A stretch of 64,000 nucleotides of DNA from Octopus vulgaris (lineage: Eukaryota). Position numbers and translations under genes: made by a program. Shown here piece by piece: positions 12,153 to 25,172 of the stretch; the stretch's first letter is position 1, and every line of letters starts with the position of its first letter. The notes under the pieces are model-generated. The model did no database searches. It was not told the DNA's origin and saw nothing but the letters and a program-made list of their open reading frames with translations. The stretch spans positions 188,294,001-188,358,000 of the forward strand of contig OX597815.1 in NCBI GenBank assembly GCA_951406725.2. The letters are read 5' to 3'.

Positions 12153-12537
12153 AGCGAACGAAGCAGTCTTTGTCCCAGAGCTTGCAAGTTCGTGCCTCTG
12201 TAGTGGGAGAAGTCCGAAACGTGGTCCTTTGCTATTCGTAAGACCTGCTGAAGAGAGAAAGCAGGTCAACCCCCGACACCGAGAGCATCGACAGATGGAT
12301 GAATGCGCATCCAGGCTCAGTGGTTGCGTAGGAAGTCGGGGACAAGAAACAGAAAGAAAGAGTGAGAGAAAGTTGGAGTGAAAGAGTACAACAGAGGTCG
12401 CCCCCCACCTGCTGGAGCCTCGTGGAGCTTTAGGTATTTTTGCTCAATAAACACACACAACGCCAGGTCTGGGAATCGAAACCACGATCCTCTGACTGTG
12501 AGTCTGCTGCCCTAACCACTGGGCCATTGTGCCTCCA
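12153..12537 (-). mobile_element. tRNA-derived SINE with an unusual tail
   Basis: Head tggcccagtggttagggcagc...ggtttcgattccc shared with 58745; TSD ctactgattctg / ctgctgattctg at 12141-12152 and 12538-12549. Confidence 0.85.
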
Positions 12538-12779
12538 CTGCTGATTCTGTTCAAGAGAAGAAGACTTCAAATAATCGCTACACATGTTCAGATTTCTTGG
12601 GAGAATTTGCCGGTAGATTCCGGGCATCCTGGCGTTTGGGAGGGCATCCAGTTGTAGAAACACTGCCAGATCAGACTGGAGCCTGGTGCAGCCTCCTGGT
12701 TTCCCAGACCCTGGTCAAACTGTCTAACCCATGCTAGCATGGAAAACAGACGTTAAACGATGATGATGATGATGATGAT

Positions 12780-13095
12780 GTGAAACAGCTGACGGATTGT
12801 TTGGCATGGGTTTTCATGGCTGATTTCACAATTTCTTTTCAATATCTTAGGGTTCTTCTTAATGTTTGATCAACCTAAATGCTCATCATCTTGAACCAAT
12901 GCTTGGCAGGCCTTGAAAGAAATGCCAAATCAAAAATTGATGTTTCATCCAAAATAAATAAAATAAAATGAAATAAAATATTTGGCAAAACCCTGACAAA
13001 GCATTTTTAAAAACTCTTCAGTTGTTGATCTACAAAATTTAATGCAAAATTTGAAGCAGAGATGTTGCCTGATTTTTGTCAGCTATTGTAACAAT
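12780..13095 (-). mobile_element. Decayed mariner transposase N-terminus
   Basis: RQHLCFKFCIKFCRSTTEEFLKMLCQGF resembles mariner EQRxCIKFCVKLGKSATETxxMLxxAF. Confidence 0.55.
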
Positions 13096-13684
13096 CAACG
13101 AGTACTACTAAAGGCAATTACGAGAGAAATTATATCATTACCAGAAGCCTTTCCATTTGTAAAGAAGTCAATGGTTTTTCCTAATTCCCTCACAAGTGGC
13201 GGTTCATATAGCTTTTGAAGATTAGTTGAAGTTTAATTGAATCAAAAGCAGGACTTGGACAATATTCTTTCTGCAGTACACATCAATATAGTGTTCTAGG
13301 AAACATTCCACTCTGATATTTCCTTCTGATTTAGACTTGATAATATCATCTTTAATTTGTTTCTCATTCTTCATGTTCTTATTGATTCCTTTAATTTTGT
13401 CAGGATCTGCAGCCATTTAGATGTTGCCACACTGTTGCTGCAAGCTGTCATGTGAACTTTGTCTGACTGGTCTTTGTTCTGTAATTCTTCCAATCTTAAA
13501 AGCATACAGTGTTATTTTATAGGGACAAAGAATGTCATATATAGCAAACATGCTACCTGTCTTAAATTGAATGGCATTTACAAAACATTGTACCTACACC
13601 TGGAGGTATGATTGCATAATATTCCAAATGCACAATATTCTAATGAAAGATATATTTAAAAAAAAAAACAATTGAGACAACATA

Positions 13685-14095
13685 GGCACAGGAGTGGCTG
13701 TGTGGTAAGTAGCTTATTTACCAACCACATGGTTCCGGGTTCAATCCCACTGTGTGGCACCTTGGGCAAGTGTCTTCTACTATAGCTTCAGGCCAACCAA
13801 AGCCTTGTGAGTGGATTTGGTAGACGGAAACTGAAAGAAGCCCATCGTATATATATGTATATATATATATATATGTGTGTGTGTGTGCGTGTATGTTTGT
13901 GTATCTGTGTTTGTCCCCCTAGCATTGCTTGACAACCGATGCTGGTGTGTTTATGTCCCCGTCACTTAGCAGTTCGGTGAAAGAGACCAATAGAATAAGT
14001 ACTGGGCTTACAAAGAATAAGTCCCGGGGTCGAGTTGCTCGATTAAAGGCGGTGCTCCAGCATGGCTGCAGTCAAAATGACTGAAACAAGTAAAG
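13685..14095 (+). mobile_element. Major SINE, full length
   Basis: Same family as 6625-7030. Confidence 0.9.
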
Positions 14096-14395
14096 AAAAA
14101 AAAAAAAGAAAGAAAAAGAACATAACCACAGATTGGTATTTTTCTAATAAACCTTACATTATTAAAAAAAGTGTCTTTATGATGTGACAAGGAACAACAT
14201 ACATGTTTTATAGATATATGGTATACTCTCTTTACTCTCTTTTACTTGTTTTAGTCATTTGACTGTGGCCATGCTGGAGCATCACCTTTAGTCAAGCAAA
14301 TTGACCCCAGGACTTATTCTTTGTAAGCCTAGTACTTATTCTATTGGTCTCTTTTGCCGAACCGCTAAGTTACAGGGACGTAAACATAGACACAG

Positions 14396-14507
<112 letters not shown>

Positions 14508-16550
14508 TCGGGGTGAGTACTTGATAATTATAAGCACCTGTGTATACCGTTTGGTGGTGTAGGTGGTGGAGTAAATTGATCAAAATAAAATAAAAACATG
14601 ATGCGAAGGATTCATATATGTTTCGGGCCTTTATTAGACAGATTTATAACAATGCATATATACATCAAAAATTCTTGGTTGGGGATGCAAATATTCACGT
14701 ACGACATAATGCGGCAGCAGCATAGAATTGAAGCGTCCATCTCTTTCTTCTCTCAATGTAGAATGAGGAAAATTGGATGTTGAGGTAATGTAAATAAATA
14801 AATACATATATAGAGGTGAAGATGGAGGGGCGAGAGTTCGGGACGAGGGATAAAAAATGTATAAAAAGTGTAAGTATAGAATAATATAAAAATGTAGAGG
14901 ATAAAGATATAAAGAGTTGTAAGGAGATGTAAAGGGGGTATAAAGAAATATAAAGAAATGTAAATAAATGTAAAGGCATAAGGTTATAAAGTAAAAATAG
15001 AAATAGAAATAAAAGTAAAAAAAAGTAAAAAAAAATCCTGATAAAAACATGATAAAAGTGTAAAAGAATGTAAAGATAAGGGATGTATAGAGGTTACTGG
15101 ACCAAGCATGGTGGTTCAGGAGATTGATAAAATTTAGTTGTAGAATTGTCAGTAAATCAACAGTAGTTTCGTCTGGGGACTTAATGCGTTGTAAATCAGA
15201 GCTGATGAGCATTTAATCTGGTTCCTTGAGTTAAATGGACTTCTAGTACATACATATCATCATGGATACATACACCCACATACACAAACGTACATATACG
15301 CCCCCAAGCCCATAAGCATACACACGCACTCGCGTGTAAACACGTACATAAACACACCCACACCCACACGCACGCGCGTACACACACATACATACAACAG
15401 AATATCCGCATATATACACGGACATTACGCGCGTACACGCTCACATGTATATACGCGCGCCCATCACTACATACACACACGTATATGCCCACGCCTCTAG
15501 GTCCAGGTATAAGATGTTAAAGGATGTGTATAAGAACGTATGTAAAGAATCCCGTACTCATGTCAATACGCGCACGCACACGGCTGTGTGTCCGTATGTG
15601 CGTGCACATATACACTCATACACACACACAGAGACACACGCGCACACGGGTATAGCTATAAGATATCGAAGTATGCATGTACATATATGCGCGTGCATAT
15701 GTATGTATGCGTATACACACGTACGTGGACGCTCGTATATTCAAAAGGTGGATCCATAGGTAAGTAAATAAACATATATAGAGGTGTAAAGCGATAAGTT
15801 AGGGGTAAGAATGAGGGTAAGGGTAAAGATTAGAAATAAAAAATACAGTATGAAATAAGAAATACAATGTAATAGTTAGAAATGAAGTATAAGAATTATA
15901 AAAATTATAAGAGTTAAGGTAAGGGATGAAAATGAAAATGAGAATAAATGGAAGTAGAATAAAAGTAAAAATAAAATTAAAAATAAAAATAAATGGAAGT
16001 AAGATAAAAGTAAAAATAAAAGTAAAAATAAAAATAAAAATAAAATAAAATAAGATAAAAATATAATTTTGTAAAGTTTAACATGAGATGAAGGTGGATG
16101 AAAGTTAGAGGTGTGTGTTAAACGTAGGGGCGGACAGGGGGAACTGAAAATTGGAAGGGTGGGATGTGGAGTTTGGCGGTGTGCGTTCAACATCTGAGTT
16201 AGAAATGTGAAAGGGTATAGATATAGGGAATTAAAGAGACTACATAGGGAGGATATGGGTGTAGGAGAAGAAATATTTAGGGAAAAGAAGTCATATATGG
16301 GAGACAAAATTTGTGTATATAGGGGGAAAATGCAGGGAACCGTATATGCACATACACACACCCACACACACACACACACACGCACATGTATATATATATG
16401 TATATGTACACATACGTACACGTATGTGCACATACATACGCACACACACACACATACACATATACACGCACATATAGGAAAGCGGGATGTGCTGGAGCCG
16501 ACAGGTTGCACCGGGTGGGAGGAAATTGCATGGGGGAGTTGGTATAAGAC

Positions 16551-16697
16551 CTAAGCATTGTAGTATTTGAAAGTATTAATAAGTTTATGTATACAGGATG
16601 GTTTGAACTCTGACCTTTTGTTAATAAGATTGTGTTTGTCTCTGAATTTCAAGATGTTCAGGAGTTCTACACAGCATAGTTGGCATCCTGCTCTATT
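16551..16697 (-). pseudogene. C-terminal end of a PLE-type ORF
   Basis: NRAGCQLCCVELLNILKFRDKHNLINKRSEFKPSCIHKLINTFKYYNA*, a CxLCxxE...LxNKRSE...CxH pattern I recall from PLE endonuclease C-termini. Confidence 0.65.
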
Positions 16698-16916
16698 ATT
16701 TAAATCAGGTGCATCTTCACCTCTACGATATGTATTTATTCCGGATTTACATTACCTCAACATCCAATTTTCCTCATTCTACATTGAGAGAAGAAAGAGA
16801 TGGACGCTTCAATGTCTATGCTGCTGCCGCATTATGTCGTACGTGAATGAGGAGGATTTGCATCCCCAACCAAGAATTTTTGATGTAACACATGTCCTTG
16901 TGGACAGTTTTTGAGC

Positions 16917-16994
16917 GCGGCTGAAGAAGGCCACAGACATACATTATGCATTGTTATAAATCTGTCTAATAAAGGCCCGAAACATATGTACCGC
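16917..16994 (+). ncRNA. Type I hammerhead ribozyme with intact core
   Basis: gcgg-CTGAAGA-aggcc...ggccc-GAAA-catatg-TA-ccgc; palindromic minimal stem III; GUA cleavage triplet. Confidence 0.85.
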
Positions 16995-17066
16995 TGAACC
17001 CTTCGCATCATGTTTTTATTTTATTTTGATCAATTTATATATATATATATATATATATATTTATAA

Positions 17067-17132
<66 letters not shown>

Positions 17133-17539
17133 GAGATATCTTACACCCATCGCACAACCCACGTACGTTTAAATATTATAAATGATAATATTGTATATAT
17201 TTTTCAAATTCTATTCTTTTTAGCCAAATGGAATGAATATACCATACTGGTTTTTAATTCAACAGCTACATAGATTACTAAAAAAACTTCATTGCAAACT
17301 TGGAATTAATTTTCCCCTATTTTCTTTTTTTGATAATCTGCTATATAAATAGTATAAAGTCTATGTCACCTATAAATATGTCAGATATAAGTGATAGCAA
17401 TTTCCCTCCACCTCCCTTCGCTTAGCCTGCATTAGGTCACGAGGAAGCCCCTGCTGACTGAAACCATTTACTCTCTATTATTTACGACCCTCTGATCTTC
17501 AACAGTATCATGACAATTCCAGACATGTTTTGGGCTTAT

Positions 17540-17943
17540 TACTCTTTTACTCTTTTACTCTTTTACTTGTTTCAGTCAGTTGACTGCGGCCATGCTGGAG
17601 CACCGCCTTTAGTCAAGCAACTCGACCCCGGGACTTATTCTTTGTAAGCCCAGTACTTATTCTATCGCTCTCTTTTGCTGAACTGCTAAGTGACGGGGCC
17701 GTAAACACACCAGCATCGGTTGTCAAGCAATACTAGGGGGACAAACACAGACACACAAACATACACGCACACATATATACGACGGGCTTCTTTCAGTTTC
17801 CGTCTACCAAATCCATTCACAAGGCTTTGGTCAGCCCGAGGCTATAGTAGAAGACACTTGCCCAAGGTGCCACTCAGTGAGACTGAACCCGGAACCATGT
17901 GGTTGGTAAGCAAGCTACTTACCACACAGCCACTCCTGCGCCT
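17540..17943 (-). mobile_element. Major SINE, full length
   Basis: Reverse complement of the family; (tactcttt)n tail. Confidence 0.9.
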
Positions 17944-18346
17944 ATATTAGTTCACTTTGGTTGCATAGTTACTGTTGGATATTAGAATGGTTTCAGGAGG
18001 AAGAGTTGTCATCATCGTTGTCATCATCTTCATCATTTAATGTCTATTTTTCATGCCAGCATGGGTTGAATGGTATGTAGGATTTTTATGATTGGACACA
18101 AAACGATGGCTTAAACTTTTTGATTCATTCGTATTTATTCACACGAAATTTTCTGTACACTTCTAGTCAACTGAACTCTGGCAGAAATGGTTGGAATATA
18201 TTTCATTGAAAAGAACGAAAGGATGAAAGGCAAAGTTAACCTCAGTGGAATTTGAACTCAGAATGTTAAGATGGACAAATTGCTGCTAAACAACTTGCCC
18301 AGCATGCTAATGGTTCTGCCAGCTCAACACTTTAAGAAAGCACCAA

Positions 18347-18580
18347 AGGCGGTGAGCTGGCAGAATCATTAGCAAGCTGGGTGAAATGCTTATCAGTATT
18401 TCATCTACCATTACGTTCTGAGTTCAATTTTCACCGAGGTCGACTTTGCCTTTCATCCTTTTCGGTTCGATTAAATAAGTACCAGTTATGCACAGGGGTT
18501 GATGTAATTGACATAACCCATTTGTCTGTCCTTGTTTGTCTCCTCTATGTTTAGCCCCTTGTGGGCAATAAAGAAATAAA
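18347..18580 (+). mobile_element. Nin/Deu-core SINE
   Basis: Similar to 2244-2476; an oppositely oriented head fragment lies at about 18215-18325. Confidence 0.85.
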
Positions 18581-18629
18581 TATGGCATTAATCATCAACT
18601 GATATACCCACCTGCTTGTTTTATTTATT

Positions 18630-19436
18630 TCTTTTATCTATTTTATTTGTTTCAGTCATTTGACCGTGGCCATGCTGGAACACCACCTTTAGTCGGACAA
18701 ATCGCCCCCAGGACTTATTCTTTTGAAGCCTAGTACTTATTCTATCGATCTCTTTTGCCAAACTGCTAAGTTACGGGGATGTAAACACACCATCACTGGT
18801 TGTCAAGCGATGGTGTGTGTGTGGGGGTGACAAACACACACTCACAAATACATGCATATTGTTTTATTGCTTTACTTGTTTCAGTCATTTGACTGTGGCC
18901 ATGCTGGAGTACCACCTTTAGTTGATCAAATCAACCCAGGACTTATTCTTTGTAAGCCTAGTACTTATTCTATCGGTCCTTTTTGCCAAACCGCTAAGTT
19001 ACAGGGACATAAACACTCCAACACTGGTTGTCAAGTGATGGTGTGTGTGTCTGGGAGCGACAAGCATAGACTTACCAATACATACATATTCTTTTCTTCT
19101 TTTATTTGTTTCAGTCATTTGACTGCGGCCATGCTGGAGCACCACCTTTAGTTGAACAAATCGGCCCCAGTACTTATTCTTTGTAAGCCTAGAACTTATT
19201 CTATCGGTTCTTTTGCCGAACCACTAAGTTACAGGGACATGAGCATACCAACATCGGTGTCAAGTGATGGTTGTGGGGATAAATAGTTTCTTTTAGTTTT
19301 TCCATCTACCAAATCCACTCGCAAGGCTTTGGTTGACCCGAGGCCATAGTAGAAGACACTTACCCAAGATACCTCACAATAGGACTGAACCCAGAACCAT
19401 GTAGTTGGGAAGCAAACTTCTTACCACACAGCCACT
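18630..19436 (-). mobile_element. Major SINE with three tandem 3' halves
   Basis: Tails at about 18630, 18870 and 19095; single head at about 19290-19436. Confidence 0.8.
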
Positions 19437-19726
19437 TATTGTTTATTTTTATGTATTTTTTCCTTTTATCTATATCTCCATCTATATTTATCACCTGTGG
19501 ATTTGGAGTCTCAGCTCTCTGACTTGATTGCAGGATTCTAAATACAAATATATATATTTTTTCCTTGTGTCCTATAACAATTATTGAAACCTCATAAACC
19601 AGTAACCATAGCACAAACAAAAAAAAGGATGAATGCCTAACTGTTCAGATATTTCATTCCGGTGAAAGAATAAACATCAGGTAATAAATATTAAATTTCT
19701 CATACATTTATATGGTGCTCTCCTGC

Positions 19727-19727
<1 letters not shown>

Positions 19728-19781
<54 letters not shown>

Positions 19782-19785
19782 TCCT

Positions 19786-19829
<44 letters not shown>

Positions 19830-19859
19830 TACTTCCTTCCTTCCTTCTTTCCTTCTTTC

Positions 19860-19945
<86 letters not shown>
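19728..19945. repeat. (TTTC)n microsatellite
   Basis: Read directly. Confidence 0.97.
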
Positions 19946-19948
<3 letters not shown>

Positions 19949-20112
19949 TTTGTTTGTTTGTTTGTTTCTTTCTTTCTCCCCCCTCTCTTTCTCTCCCCAC
20001 CCTCTCTCTTTCCATCACTCACTCTATGAAACTGAGATTAATGATTGAATGCCTGAAAAATTTGTAGCGTCTGCTAAAAGCATCTGATAACGAGAAGGTA
20101 GCATCATCGAAC

Positions 20113-20276
20113 CATGATGATGATCATCATCATCATCGGCGGCATTGGTGTCAGCATCATCACCATCATCATCATCATCACCAGCATCATTGTCATCATC
20201 GTCGTCGTCATCATCATAATCGTCATCATTGTCTTCATCATCGTCATCATCATTGTCATCATCATCATCATCATCG

Positions 20277-20308
<32 letters not shown>
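20113..20308. repeat. Degenerate (CAT)n microsatellite
   Basis: Read directly. Confidence 0.95.
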
Positions 20309-20551
20309 TTATGCTTGCATTCCATGCCCTCATGGGTTAGGTGAGTCATCACAATAAAAGCCAGTTTTTTTTTTTCAAAGTTACTGCCCTTTTAGTATGT
20401 TTCATTTTTGGCTTGGTTGCAATTGCTGGATGCTCCTCCTATCTTCCACACTTTACCTAAATGTACTGGGTGAATTTTATTGTGGCACCAACATATCACT
20501 GCAAAGAAATAGTTTTAAGTTTTGTCATTATCTTTAGACAGATAATAATAT

Positions 20552-20702
20552 TCTGTTCTACTCTAGGCACAAGGTTTGAAATTTTGGGGGAATGGAGGGG
20601 GGGAGCAGTCGATTAGATCGACCCCAGTACACAACTGGTACTTAATTCATCGACCCCGAAAGGATGAAAGGCAAAGTCGACCTCAGCGAAATTTGAACTC
20701 AC
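20552..20702 (-). mobile_element. Nin/Deu-core SINE, 3' part
   Basis: tcgaccccgaaaggatgaaaggcaaagtcgacctc. Confidence 0.8.
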
Positions 20703-20859
20703 TGCTTGATGTTGTTTAGCTGCATAATTGTAAGTGTTCCAATCATGAACATCCCAGCCATATTTTGTTCTTCTTTTTCAGGTACAGGTTATCCAGCATT
20801 TACTTTCTTTAAGGAAGTAGGATACGATATGAGGCCAAAAAAGGAATCTTCAAAAGGTC

Positions 20860-21322
20860 ACACATTTACACATTTGGAACTCCGACGTCTGGCAGCTGAC
20901 TTGGCAGACACCCATAAAATTATTAACCATCTTACTAACAATAACTCTGAGCACCTTTTCAAATTCCACCCGTCTAACACCCGTGGACATATTTTCAAAG
21001 TTAGAAAACAGCACAGTTCTCATGACTCTTGGAAACATTTTTGCACACTAAAAGTTACTGAAGTATGGAACAAACTGCTGGCATCAGTTGTTAGTTGTCG
21101 GAGCACTGCATCCTTCAAAACTTCCATGCTTCCTGAGATTCACCAACACTACACCTGATTTTCTCCCCTCCATACACATGCAAGCATGTATCTGACTCAT
21201 ACACTGTTCACTTTCCAGACATTCGTACATTACTGCATGTGCTTTATATGCACTTTTGACAAGTTGTGGTGCACCTGAGCACTGTATACAATAATTTCAT
21301 TATTATTATTATTATTATTATT
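20860..21322 (+). mobile_element. CR1/L2-group LINE 3' fragment
   Basis: LELRRLAADL...NTRGHIFKV...VTEVWNKLLASVVS...SFK; 3' UTR ends in (ATT)n. Confidence 0.85.
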
Positions 21323-21560
21323 ATATAGTAGACGAACCTTTCTCAAACTTGCATTGTCTGTGTTTGGTTGACTGTTGCTTTTGAAATTCTCTCCAAAACT
21401 TTTGGGCCAGTAACATGTGGATGACTTGATACACAAAGCATACTCAGAAATATTTGAAGCCTTCAACAGAATATATTCAATTCAACATGTGCAATCGTTA
21501 ATCCAAACACTTTTTGTCTCTCTCCTTTTTTCCTCTCTCCATAAATTTTTCTTCTCAATC

Positions 21561-21596
21561 CTTTCTGTAGAAGAGCATAGACTCAAAACATCAAAG
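21561..21596 (+). ncRNA. Degenerate minimal HHR motif
   Basis: cttt-CTGTAGA-agagcatagactc-AAAA-ca-TC-aaag. Confidence 0.5.
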
Positions 21597-22336
21597 ACTC
21601 TTCCATTTTCCCTGCATATCAAACTAATACACCTGTTTGTCGTTCCCTCACTTGCCTCTGTCTTTTGTTTTTTATATAATTTTGAATCACGCATAAAAGT
21701 ATTTCGTCTCTACCAAGAAAATAATTTCAGAATTATGAAAATATTAATTCTGTAAAGCCATGGTTTTTAAAGTAGAGTGTTAGTAAGTAAACTTGATTTT
21801 CTAGTTCTGTTTCAATAAGGACATTGTTAAAAGGACACTTAAATACCTCAATGAAATCTTCTGTCCTCTTGTGCATCATTATTTGTGGGCTTTTATTCAA
21901 AATTAGTATCTGTATTAATATTTTTCACAATAACATTTCAAAATAACAAATTGCTTAATGACTACAATTTGAGAATCTTCTGTTGATTGCATTTAAAAAT
22001 CTCAATGAATTCTCATCTGATTTTCATACACTTCAAGTAATTTCCTTTCTGTATCTTCATTTACAAATTTCCATTTGCAAAATTAATTAGATGGCATTCA
22101 TTAGCCAGTTTTATACAGAAGTATATGCTTAAGGTTTGACTCCAGAAGGAATCAGCAAAGCAATTTGAAATAATAATCTGTGGTATAATTTTAACAATGC
22201 TTCTTAATTCTTTAACCCTTTAGCATCTAAACAGGCCATATTCAGCCCAAATAGCCTACCTGGTTAATGTTCAAACTGGTCAGATCAAGCTTCTCACACC
22301 TTCCTTACAATATCATTCTAATAATGAAGGAATTAC

Positions 22337-22552
22337 AACCGTGTTTCGTGGTCTGCTACCACAACAGCTCCTTTATAGGATCCAGTTAGCTCAAGACATC
22401 ATCAGGAGGAACCACGTCCGGTATCGGCCCCTACTCCTCTACCATTTTGACGTGGTGGGGCCTCCCCTTTTGGAGGTGTCTTCAGCTCTGGTGTTGGGTG
22501 CATGTCTTCTTTCTTCTCCTTTCTTCTGTTCCCTGGCCTCTTCAAAATCCTC
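22337..22552 (-). mobile_element. Candidate retrozyme monomer (circularly permuted HHR)
   Basis: Minus strand starts GAGGA, contains tcctc-CTGATGA-stem II and ends GAAA-cacgg-TT at the MITE junction. Confidence 0.5.
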
Positions 22553-22579
22553 AAAATTTAAAAGCTGTGACATTACTAT

Positions 22580-22736
22580 TTTACCGTGTCTGGGTTCTAA
22601 CCCAGGCCACAGCAACAAAGTCTACCTGCCACACTTTTCAGTCCATCATCACTGCCTCAATGTCCTGGATGCATTCCAGGCCAGTGTCTGCAGTCATGTT
22701 GTTGATGTAAGTGTGACGATGTTTTCCTATTCTTGA
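22580..22736 (-). mobile_element. RTE LINE extreme 3' fragment
   Basis: GKHRHTYINNMTADTGLECIQDIEAVMMD*KVW. Confidence 0.7.
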
Positions 22737-23228
22737 CATAATGCACGATTGATTCGAAACAATGTCAATAGATAAGGATTACATTTGACAGAGTAATCCA
22801 AATGCTGAAAAGTTAAACTTTAACGTATGTAAAATGTTTGTAGGAGCAATATGAACTTGTGTAAAATTATGCAGGAAACAAAACTACATATATGGTGTCA
22901 GGAAGGGCATCCAGCTGTAGAAACTTCCAGATCAAATTAGAGCCTGGTGCAGCCATCTGGTTCGCCATTCTTCAGTTAAATCGTCCAACCCATGCTAGCA
23001 TGGAAAGTGGACGTTAAACGATGATGATGATGATGGTGGTGGTGGTGGTGGTGATGGTGGTGGTGGTGGTGGTGGTGGTGGTGATGATGATGATCAATAC
23101 TAAATATGTCCCTTTTATATGGCCCATAACTGTATCATTGTGGCAGGTATTTAGTGCCATTACCAAAATGTGTTTCTGTTCATTAAAATAGCATATGTCT
23201 CTGTTCTATATTTTTGAGATGAGAAATT

Positions 23229-23682
23229 ATGTACATTATTTATGATGGACGAATAGGCGTCCCCATCACAGCGTTTCAAGTATTTGGTGACCCTGTCAGT
23301 GCAGGTGCCACTTTAAAGCACCCAGTCCACATTGTAAAGTGGTTGACATTTGGAAGGGAATCCAGCTATAAAAACCTTGCCAAAACTGACCTCACATGTG
23401 CATGGACTGATAGGTGTCCCCATCACAACATTTCGGCTGATGTACTCCCCAGTCACATCAGATGTTCTAGTGGAATTTCGAACCCACCCCTAATATAAAC
23501 AGAAAAATAACATCAACAATATACCTTACAAATGAGAACAGAATACCCCATTAGTCAAATAGAGTCAGGTTCAAAATTCCACCAGAACACCTGATGAAGG
23601 CTGGAGAGTACATCAGCCAAAACGTTGAGATAACAACAAACAAGATGAGGGCATTTATCCATCCATTGTAAATAATGAACAT
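23229..23682. mobile_element. Fold-back PLE-like element with degenerate HHRs in both arms; left arm interrupted
   Basis: 23424-23483 is inverted relative to 23567-23632; plus strand aacac-CTGATGA-aggctg..cagcc-AAAA-cg-TT; 33-bp duplication at 23245-23277 / 23402-23434 around an insert. Confidence 0.7.
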
Positions 23683-23756
23683 GTCTCTTCACAAAGCAAG
23701 AATTATTTAATCCTAAAACATCTTGTAACATACAAATTGTGTATAAAATTTATATC

Positions 23757-24100
23757 ATCATCATCATCATTGTTTAACGTCTGCTTTCCATGCTATCATG
23801 GGTTGGGCATATAACTGAGGGCTGGTGAACCAGATTGCTGCACCAGGCTCCAATCTTGATCTGGCAGAGTTTCTACAGCTGAATGCCCTTCCTAACGCCA
23901 ACCACTCTGAGAGTGTAGTGGGTGCTTTTATGTGCCACTGGCACGGGGCAAGTCAGGTGGCACTGGCAACGACCTCGCTCGAATCTTTTACACATGCCAC
24001 TGGCGTGGGTGCCAGTAAAGCAATGCTGGTAATGATCACGTCACTGGCACAGAGGTCAGATAGCTGCTCTGTCAATGATCACACATGTATGGTGCTCTTT
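23757..24100 (-). mobile_element. RTE 3' UTR-derived fragment
   Basis: (CAT)n followed by tttaacgtctgctttccatgc. Confidence 0.8.
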
Positions 24101-24188
24101 ATATAGATTGAATAATTAGTTTTATTATTAAGTCAGAAAGAATGCTTTTTTTAAAAACAAGTGAGTATCTTTTCAAAAAATATTAACA

Positions 24189-24595
24189 AGGCACAGGAGT
24201 GGCTGTGTGGTAAGTAGCTTGTTTACCAACAACATGGTTCCGGGTTCAGTCCCACTGCGTGGCACCTTGGGCAAGTGTCTTCTACTATAGCTTCGGGCTG
24301 ACCAAAGCCTTGTGAGTGGATTTGGTAGACGGAAACTGAAAGAAGCCTGTCGTATATATGTATATATATATATATATGTGTGTGTTTGTGTGTCTGTGTT
24401 TGTCCCCCTAGCATTGCTTGACAACTGATGCTGGTGTGTTTATGTCCCCGTTACTTAGCGGTTCGGCAAAAGAGACCGATAGAATAAGTACTGGGCTTAC
24501 AAAAGAATAAGTCCCGGGGTCGAGCTGCTCGATTAAAGGCGGTGCTCCAGCATGGCCGCAGTCAAATGACTGAAACAAGTAAAAAAGAGAAAAGA
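24189..24595 (+). mobile_element. Major SINE, full length
   Basis: Family match. Confidence 0.9.
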
Positions 24596-25037
24596 GAAGA
24601 CTTTGCCTGGTCTTGATGTTGTCGATGTGCATTTGCTGTTTAACCCCAGGTCAACCATGATAAAGTAGTCATATGATCAAAGACATTCCAGCTGTGATTA
24701 TCCTATATTTTCCCTATGTACAGGAAACCCAAAAGTGTATACCCCTTTTAGGCTTGGTAGCTGTATAGGAAAGTATCTTCTGTCTATTCTAGTGAGAAGC
24801 AGTAAAGAAAATAGTCAAAAAAAAAAGAAGAAAAAAACTTATTGTAACACTGTTTATGTGTTATGAGAAACTATCAACCAGTGTAGTCGATAAAAACAAC
24901 TCTATTCATTTTGATGTTTATTTTCCATTTACTATTGTCTCTTGTGTTTGGAAATGCTGGAATGAAAGGTCCCCAGACGTATACTGACTTAACTTTATAT
25001 TACCATGCAGTAATACCATGCACACACACACACACAC

Positions 25038-25068
<31 letters not shown>

Positions 25069-25089
25069 ATATGTATGTATGTATGTATG

Positions 25090-25120
<31 letters not shown>

Positions 25121-25137
25121 GAATGTATGTATGTATG

Positions 25138-25172
<35 letters not shown>

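Larger units (their letters stand above)
22216..22812. mobile_element. TTAA-flanked MITE (ccctttagca...), interrupted by insertions at 22337-22736
   Basis: TTAA at 22212-22215 and 22813-22816; both halves match 36395-36615. Confidence 0.8.

Noticed and set aside
12205-12270. GAAAC-gtg-GTC followed by CTGAAGA (type II HHR order)
   Set aside because: Stems I and II do not pair
13222-13416. 64-aa ORF MAADPDK...
   Set aside because: No recognisable domain or supporting structure
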